Shown here: piece by piece, positions 1 to 10,562 of the stretch
How the letters are laid out: every line of letters begins with the position of its first letter
Numbering within the stretch: position 1 is the first letter of the stretch
From: Nitrospirota bacterium
Lineage (GTDB): Bacteria > Nitrospirota > Thermodesulfovibrionia > Thermodesulfovibrionales > JdFR-86
Direction: 5' to 3'
Length of the DNA stretch: 64,000 bases
Assembly (NCBI GenBank): GCA_963721805.1
Contig: CAVRJY010000001.1
Span: forward strand, 832,001 to 896,000
Made by a program: the position numbers and the translations under genes
Notes under the pieces: model-generated
What the model was told of the DNA's origin: nothing
The model's database searches: none
Seen by the model: only the letters and a program-made list of their open reading frames with translations

Positions 1-86
1 CGCGCACCGGGGTCGAGATGGAGTTTTTGGCCCCGCCGCCCCGCGACATGGAAGACGCGATCAGCTCGCTGCGCGGCTCCTTGTGA
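1..86 (+). CDS. 3' end of RluA/RluD-family pseudouridine synthase (partial)
   Basis: Frame 3 reads RTGVEMEFLAPPPRDMEDAISSLRGSL*, resembling the 'HPxTGExMEFxAPLPxDM' RluD C-terminus; only 27 codons visible. Confidence 0.55.
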   Translation, partial: RTGVEMEFLAPPPRDMEDAISSLRGSL

Positions 87-270
87 GACCGGGCATCAAC
101 TCCCCTGCCTACAATATTGTCAATAGGCGGGCGGCCCGGCGTGAATTCAGCCGGCGGGGACGGTCAGCCTTGCGCCGCCCGCGCGGAACCGCCGATGAAA
201 TAATCGCTTTTCCTTGATTGGCGTGCTTTACAAACATTCCGGCGAATTGCTAAAATTATGAGCTTTATGT

Positions 271-360
271 GGAGAGGTGGCCGAGCCGGTCGAAGGCAGC
301 CGCCTGCTAAGCGGTTGTGGGGGTAACACCTCACCCTGGGTTCGAATCCCAGCCTCTCCG
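271..360 (+). tRNA. tRNA-Ser(GCT)
   Basis: GGAGAGG...CCTCTCC acceptor stem, CT-GCT-AA anticodon loop, long variable arm, GTTCGAATC T-loop; CCA not encoded. Confidence 0.95.
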
Positions 361-408
361 TATTAGAAACGCTTACAATTAACTTTATCTCAAGGAGGAT
401 TCAAGACG

Positions 409-936
409 ATGGTGAAGAAGCTGGCCGTTTTGGTTTTGGCTGTTGGTCTTATAGTGTCTTTCGGGGCTTGCAAGCAGAAATCGCCCGAGAAGGTCGTGGC
501 GCCCGCCTCCGTTCCCGCTAATGCCCCGGCTAACCCGCACGGGGCCGCTGGCGGACCCGGCGTCATGGTTCCTCCAGGCGAGATGCAGGTCGTCGTGCCC
601 GAGAACGTAAAGGGCAAGTATGCGTCCGTGAAGCTCGTCATCGAGGACAAGTCCACGAACAAGTCTTCAGAGGCCGTGGTCAAGCTCGGGTCGGAATACA
701 AGGTCCCGAACTCGGACCTTACGGTCAAGGTCGGCGAGTTCCTCCCGGACTTCAAGATGGAGGGCTCACTTATCACCTCCTCAAGCGCGGAACAGAACAA
801 CCCTGCGGTCAGCATCGTCGTGAGCGAGAAGGGCAAGGAGATATTCAAGGGCTGGCTCTATTCGAAGTTCCCGGCCATCCATCCCTTCCAGCACGAGAAG
901 TACGGCCTGACCCTCAAAGAGGGCAACAAGAGCTAA
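409..936 (+). CDS. Lipoprotein, DUF2155-like
   Basis: SD AAGGAGG, signal peptide with lipobox-like FGAC, C-terminal IFKGWLY motif. Confidence 0.7.
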   Translation: MVKKLAVLVLAVGLIVSFGACKQKSPEKVVAPASVPANAPANPHGAAGGPGVMVPPGEMQVVVPENVKGKYASVKLVIEDKSTNKSSEAVVKLGSEYKVPNSDLTVKVGEFLPDFKMEGSLITSSSAEQNNPAVSIVVSEKGKEIFKGWLYSKFPAIHPFQHEKYGLTLKEGNKS

Positions 937-1030
937 GGATTTTTTACGGCCGCAGACGCTGTGGCCCGACGTATGGCATGATCGGGCAGGGGGCCCGCAA
1001 GGGCTCCCCGCTTTGCTTCAGAGGGTGGTT

Positions 1031-1106
1031 GCGCCCATAGCTCAGTTGGATAGAGCATCGGACTACGAATCCGTGTGCGGGGGTTCGAATCCTCCTGGGC
1101 GTACCA
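1031..1106 (+). tRNA. tRNA-Arg(ACG)
   Basis: GCGCCCA acceptor stem, TAGCTCAGTTGGATAGAGC D-arm, CT-ACG-AA anticodon loop, GTTCGAATC, encoded CCA. Confidence 0.95.
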
Positions 1107-1201
1107 CCCATTTTTTTGCCTCCAGCCTCGCCCGCTCCCTCCCGTTTCCCCATTGCAGACAATTAGTTTCCACCTCCCGCGTTTGCTGATATAATCGGGC
1201 C

Positions 1202-4200
1202 ATGAGCAGGCGAAGCAAGATCATACTGCTTGCATGCGCGGCGGTTTACGTCCTGTTCGTGGCGTTCGGATTTCTCTTCGCCCCGTCCATCGTTAAGGAC
1301 ATCGCTGTGCGCAAGCTTTCGGAGGCCTTAAAACGGCCGGTCTCGATCGGGGAGGTCAGGATAAACCCGCTGGCGCTCTCGGCCACGATCAGGGGGCTGC
1401 GAATAGGCGAGCCCAAGGGCGGCACTGACTTCGTCTCGTTCAAGGAGCTATATCTGAACCTCGAGGCCTCGTCGATCCTCAGGCGGGCACTGGTGGTAAG
1501 GGAACTGCGGATCATATCCCCCTACGCGAGGGTCGAGCGCACCGCCGAGAATGCGTATAACTTCTCGGACCTGCTTACGGGGGAAAAGCCGAAGGAGCCC
1601 ACAAACTCCGAACCCCTCAAGTTCTCGGTCAACAACATCCGGATCACAGATGGCCGGGTGGAGATATTCGACGACCCGAAGCATGCGCACCACGTCCTGG
1701 GGGACATAAACATCTCGATCCCGTTCATCTCGAACTTCAAGTCCAATGTCGAGACCTTCGTGCAGCCCCATTTCTACGCGACCTTTAACGGCTCCCCCCT
1801 GGTGGTCGAGGGCAGGGCCAGGCCGTTCGTCGAGACGCGCGATACCGCGATGGACATAAGCTTCCATGGCATAGACCTTCCGGAATACGTCAAGTACTCT
1901 CCGGTCGCGCCGCCGGTGGTCCTGAGGTCCGGGAGGCTCGACATAGACTGCGTGCTCTCGTTCCTGCAGGGCAAGGGCGATAACCCGCGGCTCTCGCTCT
2001 CAGGGCTCATAGGCCTAAGCGGCCTCGCCGTTGATTCAAGGGACGGGAAACGGCTTGCGGCGATCCCGTCGCTTAAGGTTGCGATCACGAACTCCAGCGT
2101 GTATGAGCGCATATTCAGGCTCTCCGGAATCACGATTACAGGCGCCAGCGTGAACGTCGAACGAGATAAGGGCGGCCGGATAAACCTGTTAAGCCTGATG
2201 CCAGCCGGGGAGGAACCCCCCGGGCAGCCCAAGCCGGAGGCTCCGTCGGAGCCCATGATATTCTCGGTCGACTCGATCCTCATCATCAACTCGGGTGTCG
2301 ACTACAAAGACAGCTCGTTCAGCGCGCCGTATGAGACCGCGATCAAGCCGATTAACTTAGAGGTGCGCGACCTGAGCACCGAGCGCGGCCATAAGGGCAG
2401 CTATGCGTTCAGCGCGATGAAGGACGAAGACGAGACAATAAAGGCCGAGGGGGCGCTTATGCTCGACCCCATGCTTACCGAGGGCTCGTTCGATCTCGCT
2501 GGTATCGATCTGACGCGGCTCAAGCCGATATACAAGGGCTTCGTGGGCATAGTGATAGACCACGGCATATTCGGCGTCAAAGGAAGATATTCGTTTGTGA
2601 AGGGCCGCGCCGAGGGCCCGGCGAACGTATCGGAGGTCGCGGCATCGATCGACGGGCTGAGGCTGCGCGATCCGGCGCAGAGGAAGCCGTTCCTCTCGGT
2701 CGATGCGCTGTCAATCCTCAACTCGTCCGCCGACCCCGGCAGGCAGCAGCTTCATATCGGCCAGTTAAGTACGAGCGGAGGGCTGATCAATATCCTGCGC
2801 CAGAAGGATGGGGCGCTCGCGATCAATGCGCTTTTGAATGCCCCCGTTGCGCACCCCGCAAGGCCGGTCGCAGCGCCCCGGTCGCAGCCGAAGCCATGGC
2901 TGGTCGATATGGACTCGATGGAGGTTTCGGGGTACGCGGTGAACTTCAAAGACCTCACCCCGCCCGGTGAGACGTTCTCTGTCTCGATCAAGAACATCGC
3001 GGTAGGGCTTAAGGGGTTCTCGACCGATCACGCGAAGTCCGCCACGCTTTCGGCAAGGGCCCGGGTGGACAAGCGGGGCTCGGTCTATGCGGCCGGCAGC
3101 TTGGCCATGAGCCCCGTGAGGCTGAACCTCGCGCTGAGGGCGCGCGACATAGGCGTATGGCTGGCGCAGCCTTACGTGCAGGATGCCCTGAGCGCGAAGA
3201 TCGGCGACGGGTATCTCAGCGCATCGGGCCGCATGACGTATAACGCCTCAAACGGCGCTGCGACGTTCAGGGGCGACGCGGGCATAAGCAGCCTTATGCT
3301 GCTGGATGCCGAGCGCAGCGAAGAGGTCATAGGATGGAAGGCCCTCAGCCTGAAGGGCATACGCGCATCGCAGAACCCGAACTCTGTCGATATAGGCGAG
3401 ATCGTGCTTGCGGGGCTCAAGGCCAACGTCGAGGTGGCCGAGGACAAGTCCACGAACATCGCAAGGCTAATGAGGCAAAAGGCGGCGGCTACAGTGCCGC
3501 CGGTGCAGCCGTCAGCCGCAGCCCAGCCAATAGCCAATCAACCTTCACCTCCGGCGCAGCCCTCCGCGGTGCAGCCTGCGCCCCCGGCTCCGAAATGGGA
3601 CGTCAAGATCGGCGACGTGGTATTAAGCGATGGGGCTGTCGCGGTCTTCGACCGCTCGGTCTCGCCCTCATACAGGGGCAGCCTGAGCAGCATCGAGGGC
3701 AGGGTCTCGGGCATATCCTCGATCGCGAAGGAGCCAGCGCGCGTCGATCTCAAGGCGATGTGGGACGGCCGCGCGCCGCTTATCATCAACGGCACGCTGA
3801 AGCCGTTTAAGGACGACCTCCACGTGGAGCTCAACCTAAAGTTCACGAACATGGACCTGAGCACTCTGACCCCCTATTCCGGCACGTTCGCCGGCTACAC
3901 GATCTCAAACGGCAAGCTCTTTGTCGAGACCTCGACGAAACTCGAGGGCAAGGCCCTCACGTCCCAAAACAAGATAATGATCGACCAGTTCGATTTCGGT
4001 GACGCGGTCAAGAGCGCGAGGGCCATGCACCTGCCGTTTAAGCTCGCGGTGGCCCTGCTTCGTGACCGAAAGGGCCAGATCAACCTCGACCTGCCGGTCT
4101 CCGGCAGCACCGACGACCCGAACTTCAGCTACGGCGGGATCATCATAAAGGTGATAGTGAACCTCATCACGAAGGCCGCGACCTCGCCGTTTTCGCTGAT

Positions 4201-4786
4201 CGCTGGGGCGTTCGGGGGCGAGGACATCTCTAACGTGGAGTTCGAACCCGGCACGGCCCTGCTGGCCGATGCCGGGCAAAAAAGGCTCGCCGAGATGGCG
4301 GACGTGCTCTATGACAGGCCGGGCCTCAAGGTCGAGGTCAAGGGATATGCCGGGCGCGGCGCGGACGAGGCCGGGCTTAAGGACGCGATATTCATGCGCA
4401 AGCTCAAGGCCGCGAAGCTCAAAAAGCTTATCTCGGCGGGCAGCCACGAGACTTCGCACGGCACGGTCACTATCGCGCCCGAGGAGATGCACGAGTACCT
4501 CGAGCTGGCCTATAAGGACGAGAAGTTCAAGAAGCCCCGCTACTTCTTCGGCCTCGCCAAGGGCCTGCCGGACCCCGAGATGGAGAAGCTCATGAAGGAG
4601 AACATCGAGGTGTCTGATGACGACCTTAGGGAACTCGCGACCGCACGCGCGCGTGCCGTGATCGCCTTCCTGAATTCGACCGGCAAGGTCGAGCCCGCGA
4701 GGGTGTTTCTCGTCGAGGGCGAGCTGTTGACGCCGCAGCAGGCAGGGAAGCTCACGCCGAGCCGAGTGGAGTTTACGCTGAAATAA
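1202..4786 (+). CDS. DUF748 (AsmA-like repeat) envelope protein
   Basis: 1194 aa, N-terminal TM, repeated beta-rich units, LAVALLRDRKGQINLDLPVSGS motif, OmpA-like C-terminus. Confidence 0.85.
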   Translation: MSRRSKIILLACAAVYVLFVAFGFLFAPSIVKDIAVRKLSEALKRPVSIGEVRINPLALSATIRGLRIGEPKGGTDFVSFKELYLNLEASSILRRALVVRELRIISPYARVERTAENAYNFSDLLTGEKPKEPTNSEPLKFSVNNIRITDGRVEIFDDPKHAHHVLGDINISIPFISNFKSNVETFVQPHFYATFNGSPLVVEGRARPFVETRDTAMDISFHGIDLPEYVKYSPVAPPVVLRSGRLDIDCVLSFLQGKGDNPRLSLSGLIGLSGLAVDSRDGKRLAAIPSLKVAITNSSVYERIFRLSGITITGASVNVERDKGGRINLLSLMPAGEEPPGQPKPEAPSEPMIFSVDSILIINSGVDYKDSSFSAPYETAIKPINLEVRDLSTERGHKGSYAFSAMKDEDETIKAEGALMLDPMLTEGSFDLAGIDLTRLKPIYKGFVGIVIDHGIFGVKGRYSFVKGRAEGPANVSEVAASIDGLRLRDPAQRKPFLSVDALSILNSSADPGRQQLHIGQLSTSGGLINILRQKDGALAINALLNAPVAHPARPVAAPRSQPKPWLVDMDSMEVSGYAVNFKDLTPPGETFSVSIKNIAVGLKGFSTDHAKSATLSARARVDKRGSVYAAGSLAMSPVRLNLALRARDIGVWLAQPYVQDALSAKIGDGYLSASGRMTYNASNGAATFRGDAGISSLMLLDAERSEEVIGWKALSLKGIRASQNPNSVDIGEIVLAGLKANVEVAEDKSTNIARLMRQKAAATVPPVQPSAAAQPIANQPSPPAQPSAVQPAPPAPKWDVKIGDVVLSDGAVAVFDRSVSPSYRGSLSSIEGRVSGISSIAKEPARVDLKAMWDGRAPLIINGTLKPFKDDLHVELNLKFTNMDLSTLTPYSGTFAGYTISNGKLFVETSTKLEGKALTSQNKIMIDQFDFGDAVKSARAMHLPFKLAVALLRDRKGQINLDLPVSGSTDDPNFSYGGIIIKVIVNLITKAATSPFSLIAGAFGGEDISNVEFEPGTALLADAGQKRLAEMADVLYDRPGLKVEVKGYAGRGADEAGLKDAIFMRKLKAAKLKKLISAGSHETSHGTVTIAPEEMHEYLELAYKDEKFKKPRYFFGLAKGLPDPEMEKLMKENIEVSDDDLRELATARARAVIAFLNSTGKVEPARVFLVEGELLTPQQAGKLTPSRVEFTLK

Positions 4787-4813
4787 AAAAGGGGCCGCCT
4801 TTCGGCAGCCCCC
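4785..4813 (-). terminator. Intrinsic terminator between convergent DUF748 and dapA
   Basis: Minus strand GGGGCTGCC-GAAA-GGCGGCCCC followed by a T6 tract. Confidence 0.7.
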
Positions 4814-4880
4814 TTCATGATTAATTGGATAGTGAGCGGTGCGTTGTCACCGCGAATGGGGAGAGGGGCCAGTCGGCCCC

Positions 4881-5759
4881 TTATATGAGCTTGTACTTCT
4901 TCATCACCGTGACGAGCCTCTTTCTGGGCTCCTCCGACATCCTGCAAAGCGGGAGCCTGAACTCCTCCTGCACCAAGCCCATCAGCGCAAGAGCGGTCTT
5001 CACCGGTATCGGGTTCGTCTCGAAGAACATCGCGGAGTTAAGCTCGTCGAGCTGGTAGTGTATCTTGCGCGCCGCATCGAGGTTGCCGCCGTCCCAGGCG
5101 TTCCACATCTGGCTGCACTCGGCCGGCGTTATGTTTGCGGTCACTGAGATAGACCCCTTGCCGCCCAGCACGAACAGTGGCAGGTTCGTGAAGTCGTCTC
5201 CGGAGTACACGGCGAACCTGCTGCCGCAGCGGCGGATGAGCTCCGTCACTTGCTGCATGTTGCCGGTGGCCTCCTTGATGCCGACGACGTTCTTGCAGCC
5301 GTCCGCTATGCGCTCGACCACGGCCGGGGGCACGTTCTGCGCGGTTCGCCCCGGTACGTTATAGAGGATCAGCGGGAAACCCTTGACGGAGTCCGCGATC
5401 TTCTTGTAGTGCTGAAACAGGCCGTCCGCGGTCGGCTTGTTGTAGTAAGGCGAGACCACGAGCGCGCCGTCGGCGCCGACCTCCCTGGCCTTCTTCGTGA
5501 GGAAAACTGCCTCATCCGTGGCGTTGGCGCCGGTGCCCGCGATGACCGGTATGCGGCCCTTCACGGTCTGCACCGTGAGTTCCATGACCCTGATATGCTC
5601 GTCAAAGCCGAGCGTGGCCGACTCTCCGGTCGTGCCGCACGGGACGATGGCATGGGTGCCGCTTTTTATGTGCCACTCTATGAGGGACTTCAGGGCTTTC
5701 TCGTCGACCTTACCCTTCTTAAACGGCGTAACTATCGCGACCATCGAGCCCTCGAACAT
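4881..5759 (-). CDS. dapA: 4-hydroxy-tetrahydrodipicolinate synthase
   Basis: GTTGES, YYNKPT, LYNVPGRT, GIKEA motifs; start at MFEGSM after SD GGAGG. Confidence 0.95.
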   Translation of the reverse strand: MFEGSMVAIVTPFKKGKVDEKALKSLIEWHIKSGTHAIVPCGTTGESATLGFDEHIRVMELTVQTVKGRIPVIAGTGANATDEAVFLTKKAREVGADGALVVSPYYNKPTADGLFQHYKKIADSVKGFPLILYNVPGRTAQNVPPAVVERIADGCKNVVGIKEATGNMQQVTELIRRCGSRFAVYSGDDFTNLPLFVLGGKGSISVTANITPAECSQMWNAWDGGNLDAARKIHYQLDELNSAMFFETNPIPVKTALALMGLVQEEFRLPLCRMSEEPRKRLVTVMKKYKLI

Positions 5760-5760
5760 C

Positions 5761-6591
5761 TCAGTACCCTCCTCCTTGGATTTTGATTTCGCCTTCAAAG
5801 ACCTCTTCGGCCGGCCCGGTCATATAGACGCGGTTGTCGGCCTCGGACCACTCTATCAGCAGGTCGCCGCCTTTTAGGTGCACGGTGACTTTTCTCTCTA
5901 TCAGGCCCTTTATAACAGCCGCGACCATCGAGGCGCTGGCCCCGGTGCCGCATGCCATCGTCTCGCCCGCGCCGCGCTCCCAGACGCGCATCCTGAACTC
6001 GGTACGGTTCATTATCTGTATGAACTCGACGTTCGTGCGCTTGGGGAATAGCGGGTTGTTCTCGATCGCCGGGCCGTAGCGTATGATCGGGAAGTCCAGG
6101 ACGTTATCGACGAATATCACGGCGTGCGGGTTGCCCATCGAGACACAGGTGATCAGGAACTTGCGGTCCTTGACCTCGAGCGGGTAGTCTGTGACGCGGC
6201 CTTCGAGCTTCGTCGGGATAAGGCTGCCCTCGAGCACCGGCTCGCCCATGTCCACGCGGACCATCGAACCCTCGCGGCGCGGCCTGATGATCCCGGCCAG
6301 CGTCTCGATCTCGAGCGTCTCGCTGGCGCTCAGCATGCGGTCCCAGATGTACTTCGCCAGGCAGCGGATCCCGTTGCCGCACATCTCGACCTCCGAGCCG
6401 TCGGCGTTGTATATGAGCATCTTGAAGTCCGCAATCTCAGAACGTTCTAACGCGAGCATCTGGTCCGCGCCGACGCCGAAGCGCCTGCGGCAGAGCTTCC
6501 TGGCGATCTCGCCGGGCTCGGTGAGCTTGTGCTCCCTGGCGTCGATCACGATAAAATCGTTGCCCAGGGCGTGCATCTTTGTAAACCGCAT
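5761..6591 (-). CDS. dapF: Diaminopimelate epimerase
   Basis: KMHALGNDF, EMCGNG, ERGAGETMACGTG. Confidence 0.95.
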   Translation of the reverse strand: MRFTKMHALGNDFIVIDAREHKLTEPGEIARKLCRRRFGVGADQMLALERSEIADFKMLIYNADGSEVEMCGNGIRCLAKYIWDRMLSASETLEIETLAGIIRPRREGSMVRVDMGEPVLEGSLIPTKLEGRVTDYPLEVKDRKFLITCVSMGNPHAVIFVDNVLDFPIIRYGPAIENNPLFPKRTNVEFIQIMNRTEFRMRVWERGAGETMACGTGASASMVAAVIKGLIERKVTVHLKGGDLLIEWSEADNRVYMTGPAEEVFEGEIKIQGGGY

Positions 6592-6593
6592 GG

Positions 6594-7853
6594 CTAGCCG
6601 AGCTCCTTGGGGATGAGCTCCCCGCGTATCAGGTCGGGGTACTTCTCGCGCCTGCGGATCAGGAAGTGCTGGTCTCCCATCACCATGACCTCGGCCGCGC
6701 GCGGCCGGCTGTTATAGTTTGAGCTCATCGAAAACCCGTAGGCCCCGGCGCTCATGACCGCGAGGTATTCGCCCTGCGTGGTGCGCGGGATCAGGCGGTC
6801 CTTGGCGAGGAAGTCCCCGCTCTCGCAGATCGGCCCCACGATGTCGGAGAGTTCCGGCCTGCGCCCTGCGCGGCGGCGCACCGGGAGTATCTCGTGGTAT
6901 GCGTCATACAGAGTCGGGCGGATGAGGTCGTTCATCCCCCCGTCGACGATAACGAAAGTCTTCTTGGGCCCTTCCTTGAGGTACAGGGCCTTGGTGACCA
7001 GTATACCGGCGTTGCCCACAATAGAGCGGCCGGGCTCGGCCACGAGCGTAAGGCCGCGCCCCTTTATAAGCGGCAGCACCCGCCTGGCGAGATCGGCAGG
7101 CATGGGGGTTTTCTCGTTATGGTACGGGATGCCGAGCCCGCCGCCGATGTCGATGTGCGTGATCTCGATGCCGCGCGTGCGCAGCTCGTCGACGAGCGCG
7201 AGCACGCGCTTGATCGCGTCGGCGAAGGGCGTGGTCTTGGTGATCTGAGAGCCTATGTGCTTGTGTATGCCCACGATGCGGACGTGCTTCATCTTCGAGG
7301 CAGCAACGTAGTATTCGAGCGCCTGCTCCATCGGTATGCCGAACTTGTGCTTCCTGAGCCCGGTAGATATGTAAGGGTGGGTCCTGGGGTCGACGTCCGG
7401 GTTGACGCGCAGCGATATCGGCGCGGTCGCCTTCATCGTGCCGGCCACGCGGTTGATCTCCGCGAGCTCGTCGCCGGACTCGATGTTGAACATCAGGATG
7501 CCGGAGCGGATCGCGTACCTGATCTCGTCCTCGGTCTTGCCGACGCCGGCGTAGACTATCTTCGAGGCCGGGACTCCGGCCTTGAGCGCCCGGAAGAGCT
7601 CTCCGCCGGATACGACGTCCGCCCCCGCGCCGCGTGCGGCGAGCGTGCGTATCACCGCGATGTTCGGGCAGGCCTTCACGGCGAAGCATATGTTGTTGGG
7701 CACGCCGTCGAACGCCGTTAAGTAGGCGTCGATATGGCGCGTGAGCGTGGCATGGCTGTAGACATAGAGCGGGGTGCCGTACGTCCCGGCCAGTTCGCTT
7801 ACGGGTATGCCCTCGGCGTAGAGCTGGTTTCGCTTGTAGTTGAAGTGGTGCAT
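6594..7853 (-). CDS. lysA: Diaminopimelate decarboxylase
   Basis: FAVKA PLP lysine, HIGSQ, GPICESGD, SSNYNSR. Confidence 0.95.
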   Translation of the reverse strand: MHHFNYKRNQLYAEGIPVSELAGTYGTPLYVYSHATLTRHIDAYLTAFDGVPNNICFAVKACPNIAVIRTLAARGAGADVVSGGELFRALKAGVPASKIVYAGVGKTEDEIRYAIRSGILMFNIESGDELAEINRVAGTMKATAPISLRVNPDVDPRTHPYISTGLRKHKFGIPMEQALEYYVAASKMKHVRIVGIHKHIGSQITKTTPFADAIKRVLALVDELRTRGIEITHIDIGGGLGIPYHNEKTPMPADLARRVLPLIKGRGLTLVAEPGRSIVGNAGILVTKALYLKEGPKKTFVIVDGGMNDLIRPTLYDAYHEILPVRRRAGRRPELSDIVGPICESGDFLAKDRLIPRTTQGEYLAVMSAGAYGFSMSSNYNSRPRAAEVMVMGDQHFLIRRREKYPDLIRGELIPKELG

Positions 7854-7861
7854 AAGTTAGT

Positions 7862-7892
7862 AATTTACCATTGAGGTGTTTGCGTTGTCAAA
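7862..7892 (-). promoter_or_regulatory. Sigma70-type promoter for lysA-dapF-dapA
   Basis: Minus strand TTGACA, ~18 nt spacer, TGG-TAAATT extended -10, 8 nt before the lysA ATG. Confidence 0.55.
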
Positions 7893-7925
7893 AACGCAAA
7901 AAATTCCGGTGCTTGAGGTTGCGTC

Positions 7926-9629
7926 CTATCCGGCGTGCTCCCGTAGCGCCCTGATCTGGAGCTGGGGGTTTCGGCGGCCCTCCCATTCGTTGATCGAGAC
8001 CGAGAACGCGGCGTCCACGGCCGGTGAGTCCTCGAGCGCGGCCATCATGCCGCCCATGTCGAAGCCTATCGCGTCGAGCATATTGCCGCGGTGCCTGAGG
8101 CGCAGCCTCAGGTGGTTGTTGCCGACGATGCGCGCGCTTGCGACAGCGAGCCCCCGCGCGCCCAGGACGGGCTGCGGGTTTCCATACCCGAACGGGGCGA
8201 GGCCCTCGATCTCCTCGACGAGGCGCGTCGTGATCTCGCCGAGCGTCACGCCGGCGTCGATCTCAAGCGTCGGGACGAACTCCGGCACCGCCGCGCCGAC
8301 CACCTCGTTGAACCTCTCGCGGAACGCGCCGATCTCGGAGGGCCTGAGCGAGACCCCGGCCGCCTGCTTGTGGCCGCCGAAGCTCATCAGCAGCCCCGAG
8401 CACTCGGCAAGCCCGCTGAAGATGTCGAACTCCGGGATGCTCCGTCCGGAGCCGCGCGCCTTCTCCCCCGATACCGAGAGTATGACCGTCGGGCGGTAGA
8501 AGCGGTCCACGAGCTTCGAGGCCACGATGCCTATGACGCCTTCGTGCCAGCCCTCGCCCTCAAGCACGATGGCGTTGCCGAACCCTTCGGCCTCGAGCCT
8601 GCGCAGGGCCTCTTTGAGCACGCCGTCCTCTATCTTCTGGCGCTCTGAGTTCAGGCGGTCGAGGTCGCGCGCGAGCTCCATGGCCTCGTCCTGCGACTCT
8701 GCCAGCAGCAGCCCGACTACGGGCGCGGCGTCAGCGAGCCGGCCAGCCGCGTTTATGCGCGGCACTATCGTGAAATTAAGGAAGGTCGAGGTGACCGGCC
8801 TGTCCGTATGGCCGACCGTGGCGCGCAGCGCAGCGAGCCCGGCGCGGCGGCCCGCCCGGATGTCGGCCAGTCCGCGTATGGCGATCAGGCGGTTTTCGCC
8901 TATGAGAGGCACCGAGTCGGCGAGCGTGCCGATCGCGGCGAGGTCGTAATACGCGGCAGGGTCCACGTCAGCGCCGGAGGCCGCGAGGGCCTCGATCAAT
9001 TTAAGCGCTACCCCGGCCCCCGAGAACTCCGGCCCTATGCCGGCGCCCATGAGCTTGGGGTTGACGATAGCCAGCGCGTCAGGGAGGATAGGGGCGCCGC
9101 CCTCGAGCGCGGGCTCGTGGTGGTCGGTGACGACCACGTCTATGCCGAGGCTGCGCGCCTCGGCCACGGCCTCGAAGGACGAGACGCCGCAGTCGACCGT
9201 GACGATCAGGCCGCAGCGCTCCTGATGCGCGAGCCGCACGGCCGGGGGGTTGAAGCCGTAGCCGTCCTTGAAGCGGTTTGGGATGAAGTGCATGACGTCG
9301 GCCCCGAGGGCTCGCAGGCCCCCGGCCACGATGGCGGTCGAGGTCAGGCCGTCGGCGTCGTAGTCGCCGTGGACGAATATGCGGGTGCCGCGCCGGAGCG
9401 CGTCGAGTATCCGCGAGGCCGCCTCGCGCATGCCTGGGATGTCGAAGGGGTCGGTCGTGCCGCGCTCAGGGGCGCGGTCAAGGAACGCGCGTGCGACCGC
9501 GGGCTCCCTGATCCCGCGGTTGATCAGGATCTGCGCCAGGACGTGCGAGACGCCGGCCTCCCGCGAGAGGTGGCCGACGTACTCGGGATTGGTTTTCTTG
9601 ACGAGCCAGCGCCGGCCGCTGTTTAGCAT
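7926..9629 (-). CDS. recJ: ssDNA exonuclease RecJ
   Basis: GDYDADG, TVDCG, TDHH, PRINAAGRL, GGHKQAAG. Confidence 0.95.
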   Translation of the reverse strand: MLNSGRRWLVKKTNPEYVGHLSREAGVSHVLAQILINRGIREPAVARAFLDRAPERGTTDPFDIPGMREAASRILDALRRGTRIFVHGDYDADGLTSTAIVAGGLRALGADVMHFIPNRFKDGYGFNPPAVRLAHQERCGLIVTVDCGVSSFEAVAEARSLGIDVVVTDHHEPALEGGAPILPDALAIVNPKLMGAGIGPEFSGAGVALKLIEALAASGADVDPAAYYDLAAIGTLADSVPLIGENRLIAIRGLADIRAGRRAGLAALRATVGHTDRPVTSTFLNFTIVPRINAAGRLADAAPVVGLLLAESQDEAMELARDLDRLNSERQKIEDGVLKEALRRLEAEGFGNAIVLEGEGWHEGVIGIVASKLVDRFYRPTVILSVSGEKARGSGRSIPEFDIFSGLAECSGLLMSFGGHKQAAGVSLRPSEIGAFRERFNEVVGAAVPEFVPTLEIDAGVTLGEITTRLVEEIEGLAPFGYGNPQPVLGARGLAVASARIVGNNHLRLRLRHRGNMLDAIGFDMGGMMAALEDSPAVDAAFSVSINEWEGRRNPQLQIRALREHAG

Positions 9630-9644
9630 CGCGGGGCGGCCCAG

Positions 9645-10562
9645 CTACTTCTTGAGCCCGCCCAGAGCCCTCTTTTCGCCCCAGAGAAGCACTACGGGGC
9701 TTGCCACGAACACGGAGGAGTAAGTGCCGACGATGATGCCCAGGAGGATCGCTAGCGCGAAGTCGTGGATCACCTCGCCGCCGAACAGGAACAGCGAGAG
9801 CGCGCAGAAAAACACGGTCATCGAGACAATTACCGTCCTTGAGAGCACCTCGTTGATGCTCGCGTTGATGATCTCGTTGGTGGGTACCCTGGTGCGGTTT
9901 CGCAGGTTCTCGCGTATCCGGTCGAACACGACGACCGTGTCGGTGAGCGAATAGCCCGCGATAGTCAGCAGCGCGCTTACGAGGATGAGGTTGATCTCCC
10001 TGCCCATGAGATAAAACGCCCCGAGCACCGCCAGCACGTCATGGAAAGTGGCTATCGTGGCCCCTATCCCGAACCAGAACTGGAAGCGGAACGCGATGTA
10101 GATGAGGATGCCGATGACCGAGGCTCCTATGGCGATCAGCGTGTTGCCGCGCAGCCTCTGGCCGACCTTGGGCCCGATCTCGGTCGTCGAATCCACGACC
10201 GGGTGCTGGGCGGAGAACTTGGCGTTGAGCGTCGAGATGATCTTGTCGGAGATGCCGCCGAGCTTGTCCTCGTTCTTCTTGACGCGGATGAGGATTTTGT
10301 TCTCGGTCGGCAGGTCCTGCAGGTCGGCGTCCTTGATGCCCGCGTCCTCTATGGCGACGCGCACGTCGTGCAGCGGGACGTGGGAGTCGAACTTTATCTG
10401 CACCGAGGTGCCCCCGGCGAAGTCTATGCCCAGGTTCGCGTTGCCGAGGGATATCTGCACGACCGCGAAGATCCCTATCAGCGAGAGTATGCCCGAGATC
10501 ACATAGGCGTACCTGCGCTTGCCCATATAGTCGAGGTTGGGTTTCTTTATCAGTTCTATCAT
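9645..10562 (-). CDS. secF: Protein translocase subunit SecF
   Basis: [28 protein letters not shown]. Confidence 0.95.
   Translation of the reverse strand: MIELIKKPNLDYMGKRRYAYVISGILSLIGIFAVVQISLGNANLGIDFAGGTSVQIKFDSHVPLHDVRVAIEDAGIKDADLQDLPTENKILIRVKKNEDKLGGISDKIISTLNAKFSAQHPVVDSTTEIGPKVGQRLRGNTLIAIGASVIGILIYIAFRFQFWFGIGATIATFHDVLAVLGAFYLMGREINLILVSALLTIAGYSLTDTVVVFDRIRENLRNRTRVPTNEIINASINEVLSRTVIVSMTVFFCALSLFLFGGEVIHDFALAILLGIIVGTYSSVFVASPVVLLWGEKRALGGLKK

Noticed and set aside
271..1106. tRNA genes as an integration site for an island
   Set aside because: No duplicated tRNA 3' end or integrase noticed; neighbouring genes have host-like composition
3480..3592. Pro/Ala/Gln-rich quasi-repeat in the DUF748 gene
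   Set aside because: Ordinary low-complexity linker
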